This document shows positions 20,520 through 30,621 of a stretch of 64,000 bases of DNA, piece by piece. This DNA is from an uncultured Pseudomonadota bacterium (GTDB lineage: Bacteria > Oederibacteriota > Muellerivitia > Muellerivitales > Muellerivitaceae). The stretch covers positions 480,001 to 544,000 of the forward strand of contig CAWIIP010000001.1 in NCBI GenBank assembly GCA_963836235.1, in the 5' to 3' direction. Numbering within the stretch: position 1 is the stretch's first letter; every line of letters starts with the position of its first letter. The notes beneath the pieces were generated by a model, which saw nothing but the letters and a program-made list of their open reading frames with translations, had not been told where the DNA came from and did no database searches. Both the position numbers and the translations under genes were made by a program.

Positions 20520-21272
20520 TTAAAACTGCACGATTGCGGTAAAAGAATCCACTTTTAAACTGGCTCCACCCACTAAAGCACCATCAATATCCGGCTGGGC
20601 CATCAATTGCTTTATATTTTCAGGTTTTACACTCCCCCCATATTGAATACGGATTTTTTCAGCCGCCTCCGAGTTGTACTTTTTGCTTATCAAATTTCGG
20701 ATATAGGCATGTACTTCATTAGCTTGTTCTGGTGTGGCGGTTTTTCCTGTTCCAATCGCCCAAACCGGCTCATAGGCGATTACAATGGAAGACAGGTCGC
20801 CTAACCCGATTCCCTCGAAACATCCATTTAATTGGGATTCAATCACTTTTTCCGTTTTATTCGCTTCCCTCTCCGGCCAAGTTTCCCCCACGCAAACAAT
20901 CGCCCTCATCCCAACGCGAAGCACGCTTTTCAACTTAGCGTTTATTCTTTCGTCCGTATCATTATCAAACTGACGCCTTTCCGAATGTCCTAATATGATG
21001 TATTTAACCCCCTCCGCTTTAAACATCGCAGGGCTCACGTTTCCAGTAAAGGCTCCTTCATGTTCCCAATGAGCGTCCTGGCACCCAACTTGAATACCGG
21101 AAAATCTTAAGACATCCGCAACCGCGGAAACCGCGAGAGCGGTTGGGCAAATTAAAACCTCCCTATCTTTTACATCTTTTAGTTTTTCAATTAGTTGTTT
21201 TGCAAAATCCACGGATTCCTTGACCGTCTTATACATTTTCCAATTACCGGCAATGATGGGAGTACGGAGCAT
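20520..21272 (-). CDS. tpiA: Triosephosphate isomerase
   Basis: AGNWKM, GHSERR, AYEPVWAIGTG, YGGSV, LVGGASL. Confidence 0.98.
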   Translation of the reverse strand: MLRTPIIAGNWKMYKTVKESVDFAKQLIEKLKDVKDREVLICPTALAVSAVADVLRFSGIQVGCQDAHWEHEGAFTGNVSPAMFKAEGVKYIILGHSERRQFDNDTDERINAKLKSVLRVGMRAIVCVGETWPEREANKTEKVIESQLNGCFEGIGLGDLSSIVIAYEPVWAIGTGKTATPEQANEVHAYIRNLISKKYNSEAAEKIRIQYGGSVKPENIKQLMAQPDIDGALVGGASLKVDSFTAIVQF

Positions 21273-21289
21273 TCTAAGATCCTTTCGAG

Positions 21290-22495
21290 TTATTGCTTAT
21301 CTGTCAAAGCTAAAATTCCAGGAAGTTCTTTACCTTCCATAAATTCCAAAGAAGCCCCGCCACCAGTTGAGATATGAGACATTTTGGAAGCCAAACCCAT
21401 TTGGGTTACCGCCGCGACGGAATCCCCGCCGCCCACAATAGTGATGGCTCCTTTTTCGGATGCCTCGGCCAACAACTTGGCAATGGCGAAAGTTCCCTTG
21501 GCAAAAGGTTCCATCTCAAAAACACCCACCGGCCCATTCCAGAAAAGGGTCTTAGCCGGGCGAATAAAATTCGCGTACTTTTCTACCGTTAATGGTCCAA
21601 TATCAACTCCTTCCCATTCCGGAAGAATTCCTCCGCGAGGAACCGTTTTCACGTTAGCCTTGGCGTCAAACTTATCGGCAATCACATGGTCAATCGGCAA
21701 AAGAAGGGGAACATCTGTATCGATGGATTGACCGAGTAATTCTTTGGCCAAATCCATCTTGTCGTTTTCGACAAGGGATTTTCCGATTTCAAATTTTCGG
21801 GCCTTCAAAAAAGTATAGGCCATACCGCCGCCGATAATGAGCACATCCACGATTTTCATCAAATTTTTAATCACATCAATTTTGGATGAAATTTTCGATC
21901 CACCAATAATGGCAACGAAAGGCCGGGCGGGATTCGACAAGGCGCCACCCATGTATTTGATTTCTTTCGTCATCAAAAAACCCGCCGCAGATTGAGAAAG
22001 ATATTTGGTAATTCCTTCGGTCGATGCGTGGGCCCGGTGGGCAGTTCCAAAGGCATCATTGACATAAATATCCGCCAAGGCAGCGAGTTTTTTAGCGAAT
22101 TCGGGATTATTTTTTTCTTCCTCCGAATGAAACCGAACATTTTCCAGAAGGAGAACATCACCACTCTTCATTGCAGAAACTTCCTTTTCTACTTCTGGCC
22201 CGATTGATTCCCTCAAACCCTTTACCGTTTTCTTCAACAATTCCGAAAGCCTATCGGCTACCGGTTTCAAGCGAAGCTTTTCATCAACGCCTTTCGGTCT
22301 TCCTAAATGGGAACAAAGAATGACTTTGGCTCCTTTTTCGATCAAATACTGAATCGTTTTCAAGGACTCTCTGATGCGGGTATCGTCGGTTATTTTCAAG
22401 TTCTCATCCAACGGAACATTGAAATCAACGCGAACTAAAACTCGCTTGCCAGCTGGATTGATGTCCTCAACAGTCAGTTTGTTATAGGAAGCCAT
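21290..22495 (-). CDS. pgk: Phosphoglycerate kinase
   Basis: [48 protein letters not shown]. Confidence 0.98.
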   Translation of the reverse strand: MASYNKLTVEDINPAGKRVLVRVDFNVPLDENLKITDDTRIRESLKTIQYLIEKGAKVILCSHLGRPKGVDEKLRLKPVADRLSELLKKTVKGLRESIGPEVEKEVSAMKSGDVLLLENVRFHSEEEKNNPEFAKKLAALADIYVNDAFGTAHRAHASTEGITKYLSQSAAGFLMTKEIKYMGGALSNPARPFVAIIGGSKISSKIDVIKNLMKIVDVLIIGGGMAYTFLKARKFEIGKSLVENDKMDLAKELLGQSIDTDVPLLLPIDHVIADKFDAKANVKTVPRGGILPEWEGVDIGPLTVEKYANFIRPAKTLFWNGPVGVFEMEPFAKGTFAIAKLLAEASEKGAITIVGGGDSVAAVTQMGLASKMSHISTGGGASLEFMEGKELPGILALTDKQ

Positions 22496-22532
22496 TCTTT
22501 TTCCTTTCGAAAAAAAGCGGTTTAAAATTTCA

Positions 22533-23459
22533 TTACTTGGATTTAGGTTTCAAATCCGTCTTGAATGCTTCGGCAATTGAACTGAGCGCACCTAATGTCC
22601 CAGATGCCTCCAAAGGAAGAAATATTTTAGTGGCTTGTCCATTTGCGACATTACCCAACATTTCCATATACTTTAAGGCCAATAAATCTTGAGTCGGATT
22701 GCCATCGTGGATCGCCTTAAACACCGTGAGAATCGCCTGACTGTCGCCCTCAGCTAAAGCAATTTTCTGGAACTTGTTGGCTGTAGCCACGTTTTGAATC
22801 GCTCCCGCCTCACCTTCGGCTTTCAGGATTGCTGATTGTTTATCTCCCTCGGCGCGCGTAATCGCAGCCTGTTTTACCCCCTCCGCTTCAATAATTGCGG
22901 CGCGCTTGGTCCGTTCGGCTTTCATTTGGGCGCTCATGGCATTAACGATGTCCGCCGGTGGATCAATTTTTTGGATTTCAACCCGGGTGACCTTTACGCC
23001 CCACTTGTCCGTCACTTCGTCCAATACTTCCCTCAGCTGGGTATTAATGCGCTCCCGACTGTTCAAAGTTTCGTCCAACGCCAGCTCTCCGATGGTATTT
23101 CGAAGATTGGTTTGGGCCAATTTCATGGCCGATTGCTCAAAATAAAGCACGTTGTAAGCGACTTTAAAGGGGTCGGTCACGTGGAAATAAATAATCGCGT
23201 CAACGGTCACCACCACGTTGTCTTTGGTGATGACTTCCTGGGGCGGTACGCTAATGAATTGCTCTCGCATATCGACTTTCTTCATTTTTTCAAAAGGGGG
23301 TATTAATATCGTAAGGCCTGAATCAGCCGTTCGCGTATATTTACCGAACCGTTCGATCAATCCCTTTTCATATTGCCTGACGATTCGGACGGCTCGGAAA
23401 GCGTAAAACAAGGCGAAAACAACGAGAACAATAAGGGCTGGCCCTGTGATAATATCCAT
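22533..23459 (-). CDS. SPFH/band 7 (stomatin/QmcA-like) membrane protein
   Basis: N-terminal [45 protein letters not shown]. Start set at ATG 23459, preceded by GGAG. Confidence 0.93.
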   Translation of the reverse strand: MDIITGPALIVLVVFALFYAFRAVRIVRQYEKGLIERFGKYTRTADSGLTILIPPFEKMKKVDMREQFISVPPQEVITKDNVVVTVDAIIYFHVTDPFKVAYNVLYFEQSAMKLAQTNLRNTIGELALDETLNSRERINTQLREVLDEVTDKWGVKVTRVEIQKIDPPADIVNAMSAQMKAERTKRAAIIEAEGVKQAAITRAEGDKQSAILKAEGEAGAIQNVATANKFQKIALAEGDSQAILTVFKAIHDGNPTQDLLALKYMEMLGNVANGQATKIFLPLEASGTLGALSSIAEAFKTDLKPKSK

Positions 23460-23483
23460 GTTCAAACTCCTTTCCATTAACTG

Positions 23484-23909
23484 CTAAATTTTAACGACTA
23501 AAGTATTTCCCTTCACCGCAACCACACTTACTTTTTCATCGACTTTAAGGGGTTTCTGGTCTTGAGATTCCGCCTTCCAGAACTCACCGCCTACTTTCAC
23601 ATAGCCCGTAAAAGAAGCATGGTCATCAACTTTGGTGATTATGCCTGTTTGGGTAATTAAAGCGTCAATATTGGCAGGTCGTTGGATCTTTCCGGACATA
23701 CGGGGAGCCCAGCGGCGGCTTAGCACGACCAAGAGGATGGAAGATCCGGCAAATGTCGTATATTCGATCCAAGCCGTGTTGACCATGAGGCTCAACAGTG
23801 CGGTTACAACGGCACCGGCACCAATCCAAAGGAAAAAAAAAGAAGCGGTTGTTAATTCAAGGATGAAAAAAACAACCGCTGTCGCTATCCACCAAACAAC
23901 TGGATGCAT
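23484..23909 (-). CDS. NfeD-family (YbbJ-like) membrane protein
   Basis: Hydrophobic N-terminus plus OB-fold motif GYVKVGGEFWKA..VSVVAVKGNTLVV; adjacent to the SPFH gene. Confidence 0.9.
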   Translation of the reverse strand: MHPVVWWIATAVVFFILELTTASFFFLWIGAGAVVTALLSLMVNTAWIEYTTFAGSSILLVVLSRRWAPRMSGKIQRPANIDALITQTGIITKVDDHASFTGYVKVGGEFWKAESQDQKPLKVDEKVSVVAVKGNTLVVKI

Positions 23910-23927
23910 AGTTCCCCCGAAAAGGCT

Positions 23928-24935
23928 TTAGCCCTTGGAGGCCATATATTCAATCAGGTCAACAACCCGGTTGGAATAGCCCCATTCATTGTCATACCAG
24001 GAAAGCACTTTGACCATGTTCCCACCAGTTACATACGTGGACAAAGAGTCCACGATGGAGGAATGCGGATTGCCCTTGAAGTCAGCCGAAACGAGGGGCT
24101 CGTCGGTCACGTCCAAGTACTTGTCCAACTTCGCACTCTTGGCGGCTTCCTTCAATGCGTTGTTGACGTCATCCTTGGTCACAGTCTTCCCTAGCTCCGC
24201 CACTAAATCCACCACCGAAACCACGGGGGTAGGGACACGAATGGACAATCCATCCAGTTTACCCTTGAGATCCGGCAAGACCAACCCGATGGCCTTGGCT
24301 GCCCCGGTTGAAGTGGGAATCATGTTCAGGCTGGCCGCCCTTGCCCGGCGCAGGTCTTTATGAGGAAAATCTAGTGTGACTTGGTCGTTCGTGAAGCTAT
24401 GAATCGTGGTCATCAAACCCTTCACAATCCCAAACTTGTCGTGTAACACCTTGGCGAAGGGCGCAAGACAGTTCGTTGTGCAGGAAGCGTTGGAAACTAC
24501 ATGGTGGTTCTTGGGATCATACTTATCTTCATTCACCCCTAAAACAATGGTCAAATCCTCACCCGATGCCGGAGCTGAAATGATGACTTTTTTCACAGAA
24601 TCTTTGAGGTGGGCCACTGCCTTGGCTTTATCAGTGAAATGACCGGTCGATTCGACCACAAATTCGGCGCCAACTCCTCCCCAAGGAATCTGAGCTGGGT
24701 CTCTTTGGGCGAAAACCTTAATTTCCTTGCCGTTGACGATCACGGAATTTTCACCCGCTTTAACGTCGGCATGTAGATTACCCAAAACCGAGTCATATTT
24801 AAGAAGATGAGCGAGGGTTTTAGCGTCGGTGAGATCATTGACCGCGACAATGTCTATGTTCTTGTTGCCCATTGATGCGCGGTACACATTGCGTCCAATA
24901 CGGCCAAAACCGTTGATGCCGACCTTGATTGCCAT
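23928..24935 (-). CDS. gap: Type I glyceraldehyde-3-phosphate dehydrogenase
   Basis: [37 protein letters not shown]. Start set at ATG 24935 after GGAGG. Confidence 0.98.
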   Translation of the reverse strand: MAIKVGINGFGRIGRNVYRASMGNKNIDIVAVNDLTDAKTLAHLLKYDSVLGNLHADVKAGENSVIVNGKEIKVFAQRDPAQIPWGGVGAEFVVESTGHFTDKAKAVAHLKDSVKKVIISAPASGEDLTIVLGVNEDKYDPKNHHVVSNASCTTNCLAPFAKVLHDKFGIVKGLMTTIHSFTNDQVTLDFPHKDLRRARAASLNMIPTSTGAAKAIGLVLPDLKGKLDGLSIRVPTPVVSVVDLVAELGKTVTKDDVNNALKEAAKSAKLDKYLDVTDEPLVSADFKGNPHSSIVDSLSTYVTGGNMVKVLSWYDNEWGYSNRVVDLIEYMASKG

Positions 24936-24970
24936 AAAATTCCTCCGAAAAGTGTGGATAAGTGGGGGGT

Positions 24971-24999
24971 AAGCTAGCACAGGGGTTTTCGGGGGTCAA
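24971..24999 (-). promoter_or_regulatory. Sigma-70 promoter of the gap operon
   Basis: Minus strand TTGACC-17 bp-TAGCTT with an extended -10 TG. Confidence 0.55.
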
Positions 25000-25110
25000 G
25001 GGTTGTATGGAAGCTAAAAAGCCAATCTTAAGTTTGGAATTTTTAGTTCCAAATGATAGAAATTTGTAGCCAATGAATATGACGATAATTCAAAATTCAT
25101 GACTACAATA

Positions 25111-25869
25111 TTAAAAATTGGCGCTTTGGCGTGGCGTTCTTCCGAAAACAAGGGCTCCCACCCAGACAATACCGGCTTTCTTCAAAACCCTCGCGCATTC
25201 TTCTAATGTAGCTCCCGTTGTAAAAACATCGTCAACTAAGATAGCTTTCTTTATCGACGAACTCTGCTCCAAGGCATTATAAGCTCCCTTCGGATTCTTT
25301 AATCGCTCCGCCCTGTGAAGGGACATCTGGGGTATCGTTGATTTGATCTTTTGGAGGATCGGTCGCATCGGAATCCGGGTTTGAACAGAGATTTCATCCG
25401 CCAAAAGGGCAGCGGGGTTATACCCTCTTTCCCTTTCCCGTTCAGGGCTTAGGGGAACTGGAATCAAGACCTCCACCCCATCCCAGAATGAAGGAATAAC
25501 CGGACGAACCATTCTCCGGGCAATTTCCGTTTTCAAACTTTCCATACCCTCAAATTTGAATCCATGATGGGTTGTCCGTAAAGCACCGTCATAGGGCCCA
25601 AAAGCCCTAACCCGGTCTAAAAAATAGGGCTCATCGCCGCAGTCTTTACATCTTATAAGTACCGCGCCTTCAAATGCTCTCACCGGTAAAGAAATACCGC
25701 AATGCTCGCAAAGGGGATCCTCATAAGATTCCATGGTTTCAAAACAGGACCTGCACAGAATGTTTGATAGGCCGATATCAAAAAACTCACCGCAATGCTC
25801 GCATTTTTTTGGAAAAAATAGATCAACAAAATTGTTTTTAAGGTTTTCGAAAAAGACGTTTTTTAACAT
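25111..25869 (-). CDS. comF: ComF-family protein (double zinc ribbon plus phosphoribosyltransferase domain)
   Basis: Four CxxC pairs, IPVPL..RERGYN, LVDDVFTTGATL. Its ATG overlaps the TAA of the upstream gene (TAATG at 25867-25871). Confidence 0.92.
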   Translation of the reverse strand: MLKNVFFENLKNNFVDLFFPKKCEHCGEFFDIGLSNILCRSCFETMESYEDPLCEHCGISLPVRAFEGAVLIRCKDCGDEPYFLDRVRAFGPYDGALRTTHHGFKFEGMESLKTEIARRMVRPVIPSFWDGVEVLIPVPLSPERERERGYNPAALLADEISVQTRIPMRPILQKIKSTIPQMSLHRAERLKNPKGAYNALEQSSSIKKAILVDDVFTTGATLEECARVLKKAGIVWVGALVFGRTPRQSANF

Positions 25870-28800
25870 TACTTGATAACAGCAACTTTGCTGAATTCTT
25901 GGTGGCCACCCGGCGATTCGGTCGTGATGAGGTAAACCCCGGACGCCACCAGGTTTCCGTTCTTGTTATGGGCGTCCCAACTCGTCCAGTAGATTCCCGG
26001 CTGATAATAGACCTGGTTCACCAGGGGCTCAATAAAGGTCCCATCCAAGGTATAAACCTTGATAGTGACATTCCCCGGCGTGGTCACGACAAACCGGATC
26101 TTCACCAACTGCTCATTGCTGGCGCCAAAGGGCCGGATCGCGTTCCGGTCCAACGCCGTGTTGGGGCTAATGGGGTAACCTGTCACCGGATTGTAGCCGC
26201 TGAGGTGCACCAAATCCTCCGTCACCGCCTCGGAAAGAGGAACCGGAAGGTCAGGCGGATTATCAAAAGCTTGGACCAAATAGGTATAAGGAATTCCGTT
26301 GATCAAGGTTACCGGGTCAAAGTAACTGGCCGAAGCGGTGGGAAGTCCGTTTACAAAAGTCGCCGGAATGGTACCGATATTTTGGTAAACCCCGCCACCG
26401 TCCATGGACCGGGAAATAGAATAGCCTCCTAAGGGATACATGGTTTGGGGATTAAAGGTTTGGTCAGCCCCTCCCCAAGAAAGGGTGTTCCCTATCAGAG
26501 TCTGGGTATCGCTGGTGTTTTGAGTCAATGTGACCGGCGAACCAGTGACGAGAATGGTCGATCCACCCGATTCCGCGGTTTGTACGATTGGGAGAATAGG
26601 CGCCGCCGCAGGCAAGGCTATGGCTGACGCGTAAGCGTTTGAAGTCATACCTTGAGCATCCACCGTGTAAACATGATAAACATAGTAATTTTTGTCTTGA
26701 ACGCCTGTATCGATGAAGTTCGCGCCCTGGTACCTGTTGGCGATAGTTTGAAAAGACGCAGCTGAGGCTGGCCCCAATTTCCGTTGGATGATAACCGTGC
26801 TGTTGGTGACTCCCTCGGAATTCCAGCGTAATTGAACCAAACTATCACTTGAAACCGCAACGAGGTTGGAAACCGGCTTGGGATAAGTATTTTGGCCGAC
26901 GATGTTCGAAAAGGGGCCCAGGATATTATTTTGCGAGCTTGGGGCAATCTCATAAATATAAGAGACGCCATCGGTTAAATTCGACGTGTCGACATAATTA
27001 GTATTCGAGATTGGTTCGACAATTGATCCAATCGGAGCGAAATTCGGGGTTTGGCTGGGGGTCACCCCTGCCCGGTAAATGGCATATCCGGTCACCGGGC
27101 TGGTGGCGGCCACGGTTATGGGCATCCAAAAAAGCTGGTTACTTTCGGCGAGTGGAGTGAGGTAGAGGGTTGGCACCGGAGCGGGGATAAAGCTTTGGGG
27201 CGCGGAAAGGCCGCTATTCCCAGAGGCATTTTGAGCGTCCATCCAGTAGATATATGCCGTTCCCGTAGTGACTGCCGAATCGAAATAATTATTGATTGGC
27301 GGTGTACTGGAGACCAATGGTGTTGGATTGGGTGTCATCGTCGGATAGAGGCTCCGGTAAATATCATACCCGGTAACGTTCACGTTGTTCCCTGTCGGGG
27401 TGGCCCAGGACACCGTCACCGAGGTGGCGTTTCCCGCAAAGGAGAAATTAGTCGGATTGGGCCAAAGGGTGACCCCCCATTGGGCGGAAACCGCCGGGTT
27501 CGAGTTGAGGCCCAATCCATTATTCGCCACTACTTGGTAACTATTCACGTAACCGGGGGCAAACCCCGTATCGGAATAATAAGAAACCGGTGAATTGACC
27601 GACCCTATGGCGACATAAGTCGGGGTGGTGCTGGGCGTTGGAACGCTGAGCCGATTGATGGAATATCCGCCAACGGCATTGGAATAAGTCAGTCCTGTGA
27701 TCCAGACCGCCGGGTAAAAAGCGGGAGTTTGACTGGGAACCGGGGTCACATAGGGCGGCGGAGTTAATCCGATACTGGGCGTCACGGCAGGCGGCACCAA
27801 GACGCTGACGGCCTGGGAAAGGGTGCTGGGCCCGGCCGAGTTATTGGCCACCACTTGGTAAACCGAAAGATTCCCGGGAGTTTCCACGAAACCCACGGAT
27901 AAAGTGGGGCTTGGGGTGACGGTCATGGTGGGTGTTCCATTTTGATAAATCACGTAACTCAGTACATTTTCCTGGCTTGCGTTCCCCGCCCAATAGAGGG
28001 TCGTCTGATTGGCACCAGAAATGGACGTAAGCCCTGAAGGCGCATTGGGCCATATGAGTACGCTTCCCTGAGGATCCGGCGTCAAAACCGAGTAAAGAGG
28101 GCTTTCCGCCGATTGTCCCGACCTAGCTGTTACGCGATAGTAATAACTCACCCCCGCTGTGGCGGTGGGCGGCACATCCATATAGCCGGTAGTTGAAATC
28201 GGAACGGTCGTCACCGGCGTAAAATTGGCGTCAGGTGTCAGAGACCGGTAGATCCCATAAGAATCGATCACCGGGGTAACGGTCAAAGCCGGAACCAGGT
28301 TCCAACTCACCGAAACTTGCTGGGTTCCAGCCGGGATGACGGCAGTGACATTGTAGGCCGGAACCGGGATGCCATTCATTGTCGCTGGCTGGCTATTACC
28401 GACGGCGTTTTGGGCCACTAAGTAATAATTGTTGGCGGTCCAGGGGGTCGGCGTCGGGGCGAATGTAAAGACCCTTGTGGGTGTCCCGGTGGCTGGCGCC
28501 ACCAGGACGGGAGTTGGAGTGTTGCCGCTCACCGTAAGCCAATCCGAGCCATAAACCAGATAATTGGTCACACTATCGGCCCTTGGATTCGCGGCCCAAG
28601 AAAAGAGAATAGATGTGTCCGACCCCGTGAAAGGCAATACCCGGGGTGTTGCCGGAGGATTCGATAATAAAATGGTCGTAACGGGGTTGGAAGAAGCCGG
28701 GTCAGAGGTATTCCCCAAGGCGTCCGCCAAAGCAACCTGATAACCCAGGAGGGTTCCAGGGGTCAATTCGGGGGCAATATCGGTGTAGCTGAGTTGAGTC

Positions 28801-30506
28801 GCCGGGACCTTGGCGACGAACCGGGGGGTGGGCGTGGGTGTGGTGAAGTTTAAGCGGAAAATCACGTACCTCTGGGCGGAATCAAAAAAACCGGGCGTGC
28901 CGGCCTGCCAGGAGACAGCGATTTGATCATTTCCAACAGGCGCAGCGGCACCCACATTCGTGGGCGGTGTCGGGGCCAGATTCAATGCGGGGGGAACGGC
29001 GACTCCCACCAATCCTCCGTGTCCGGTCGAGTCCAGCGGTTGAACCCAATAGTTCATATGATTTTGGATAGGAGTGTCGATAACCGGAGTAATGGTGTAA
29101 CCGACCGTTGGGTTGAAGGTAACGACATAAAAGGGATTCGGAGTTGCCGTCGCACTGGCAATAGGCGTTGGATTATTCGCTGGCACCCCATACAGGCTCT
29201 TATAAACCTGATAGCCCCCCAACCCATAAGTTCCAGACGTCGCCGGTTGCCAGGTAACGGTAACGGCATTGGTGGTGGCATCAGGCGTGACGATGATGGA
29301 TGCCTCACTACATTCAGCCACAGTAATTGAAATCGGATTGGAATTAGTGGTTCCAAAGGCGTTAGTCGCCTGAACGGTGTAGACGACTGGCTGGCCGGTT
29401 CCCGGAATGGTATTGTCAAAATAAGAAACTGACCCTGAACCTGCGTATGGAATGGTTGTCAGGGTGATCGAACTGTTTTGCAAAACCTGGTAAGCCGTCA
29501 CGTTCTCCGTGGACAATGAACCCGTCCAGGAAAGGCTCACTCCGTAGGTGGTTGTTGAAAGAACCCCGGTAAGGGAGACTGGTCCCGGCGGCGACATATT
29601 TTGGGGCAAAGCGGGGTTGGAAGGAACGGATGGTTGGGCGCTTAAATTTCCCGGGTTATCGCTATCCGCGGCCATCACTACGTAATAATAAGCTTCCGGG
29701 CCCGGGGAACAGGTTGTGTCGGAGTAAGAGGTTCCCGTAACGCTTGCCGCGATTAGATTTATGGGAACAAAAATGGTAGCGACCGATATTGGAGCAATCG
29801 GCGAAAAAACAGCGGTTGCGGTTGAAGTCGGCGTAAATGGTGTGGGAGTGAACGTGGCCGTTGAGGTGTTCCAAGTGCCAATGGGGGTGGAAGTGGCTGT
29901 AGGCGTTATCGTAGGGCTATTTGTGGAAGTGGAAGTCGGAAGGAGTGTCGTCGCCATATAGGCGTACCGATAAACGGAGTAATAAGAAATGGGGTAGCTG
30001 GAGACCGGCACTCCCCAGAAAAGATCCAAGGCATTGGAATGAATGTTCAGGACGCTCACCGGCTGAACGGCCGCCGGAGCAAGGAAAGGAGCCGCCGTCA
30101 CCGCTGACGATATCCCTGGGCCGTTTAGGTCAATTCCCTGCACCTGGTAGAGGTAAACCCGGCCATTGGTCACCTGAAAATCCTGGAAAACAGGCGTTCC
30201 TGCCTCTGGCATCGCGGATAAAAGCACTGTCGCTATGGGGGTCGGGGTGGCATCGGGCGTAAAAGGCCCCGTGGGCGTCGGTGTCGGGGTACAGGTCAAA
30301 TTCAACAATTGCCGGGAAATCGCATAAGCCGTAACACCCGATCCAAGCGTGTCCGGGGTCCATTCCAGGTTTACTTGGCCGTTATAAGGGGAAAGTATGG
30401 TAACCCCACTGGGCGCCGGGGCCTGGGCCCATACCGGCAAAGGCGAAAAAGGCGATAAAAACAAAAAAAGCAACCCTGCCGATGACCAGAAATATGAAAA
30501 TTTCAT
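25869..30506 (-). CDS. Large secreted fibronectin type III repeat protein, Thr/Pro-rich, with a C-terminal FlgD-Ig / T9SS-sorting-like domain
   Basis: Signal peptide (..VWA|Q). Repeated FN3 signatures (VxLxW, YxIYR, YxD, YYYxVxA). C-terminus VKIRFVVTTPGNVTIKVYTLDG..WDAHNKNGNLVASGVYLI..KVAVIK. Confidence 0.82.
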   Translation of the reverse strand: MKFSYFWSSAGLLFLFLSPFSPLPVWAQAPAPSGVTILSPYNGQVNLEWTPDTLGSGVTAYAISRQLLNLTCTPTPTPTGPFTPDATPTPIATVLLSAMPEAGTPVFQDFQVTNGRVYLYQVQGIDLNGPGISSAVTAAPFLAPAAVQPVSVLNIHSNALDLFWGVPVSSYPISYYSVYRYAYMATTLLPTSTSTNSPTITPTATSTPIGTWNTSTATFTPTPFTPTSTATAVFSPIAPISVATIFVPINLIAASVTGTSYSDTTCSPGPEAYYYVVMAADSDNPGNLSAQPSVPSNPALPQNMSPPGPVSLTGVLSTTTYGVSLSWTGSLSTENVTAYQVLQNSSITLTTIPYAGSGSVSYFDNTIPGTGQPVVYTVQATNAFGTTNSNPISITVAECSEASIIVTPDATTNAVTVTWQPATSGTYGLGGYQVYKSLYGVPANNPTPIASATATPNPFYVVTFNPTVGYTITPVIDTPIQNHMNYWVQPLDSTGHGGLVGVAVPPALNLAPTPPTNVGAAAPVGNDQIAVSWQAGTPGFFDSAQRYVIFRLNFTTPTPTPRFVAKVPATQLSYTDIAPELTPGTLLGYQVALADALGNTSDPASSNPVTTILLSNPPATPRVLPFTGSDTSILFSWAANPRADSVTNYLVYGSDWLTVSGNTPTPVLVAPATGTPTRVFTFAPTPTPWTANNYYLVAQNAVGNSQPATMNGIPVPAYNVTAVIPAGTQQVSVSWNLVPALTVTPVIDSYGIYRSLTPDANFTPVTTVPISTTGYMDVPPTATAGVSYYYRVTARSGQSAESPLYSVLTPDPQGSVLIWPNAPSGLTSISGANQTTLYWAGNASQENVLSYVIYQNGTPTMTVTPSPTLSVGFVETPGNLSVYQVVANNSAGPSTLSQAVSVLVPPAVTPSIGLTPPPYVTPVPSQTPAFYPAVWITGLTYSNAVGGYSINRLSVPTPSTTPTYVAIGSVNSPVSYYSDTGFAPGYVNSYQVVANNGLGLNSNPAVSAQWGVTLWPNPTNFSFAGNATSVTVSWATPTGNNVNVTGYDIYRSLYPTMTPNPTPLVSSTPPINNYFDSAVTTGTAYIYWMDAQNASGNSGLSAPQSFIPAPVPTLYLTPLAESNQLFWMPITVAATSPVTGYAIYRAGVTPSQTPNFAPIGSIVEPISNTNYVDTSNLTDGVSYIYEIAPSSQNNILGPFSNIVGQNTYPKPVSNLVAVSSDSLVQLRWNSEGVTNSTVIIQRKLGPASAASFQTIANRYQGANFIDTGVQDKNYYVYHVYTVDAQGMTSNAYASAIALPAAAPILPIVQTAESGGSTILVTGSPVTLTQNTSDTQTLIGNTLSWGGADQTFNPQTMYPLGGYSISRSMDGGGVYQNIGTIPATFVNGLPTASASYFDPVTLINGIPYTYLVQAFDNPPDLPVPLSEAVTEDLVHLSGYNPVTGYPISPNTALDRNAIRPFGASNEQLVKIRFVVTTPGNVTIKVYTLDGTFIEPLVNQVYYQPGIYWTSWDAHNKNGNLVASGVYLITTESPGGHQEFSKVAVIK

Positions 30507-30621
30507 AAAAGTTCCTGAGTACCTTTTAAAATGGGGCTTCTCTTAAGTGAATTCTTCTCTTTTCCAGGCAAAGAAGACCCGGACAAGTTCCAGGTCCCGT
30601 ACCTTTTACCCGGCGTCAAAC

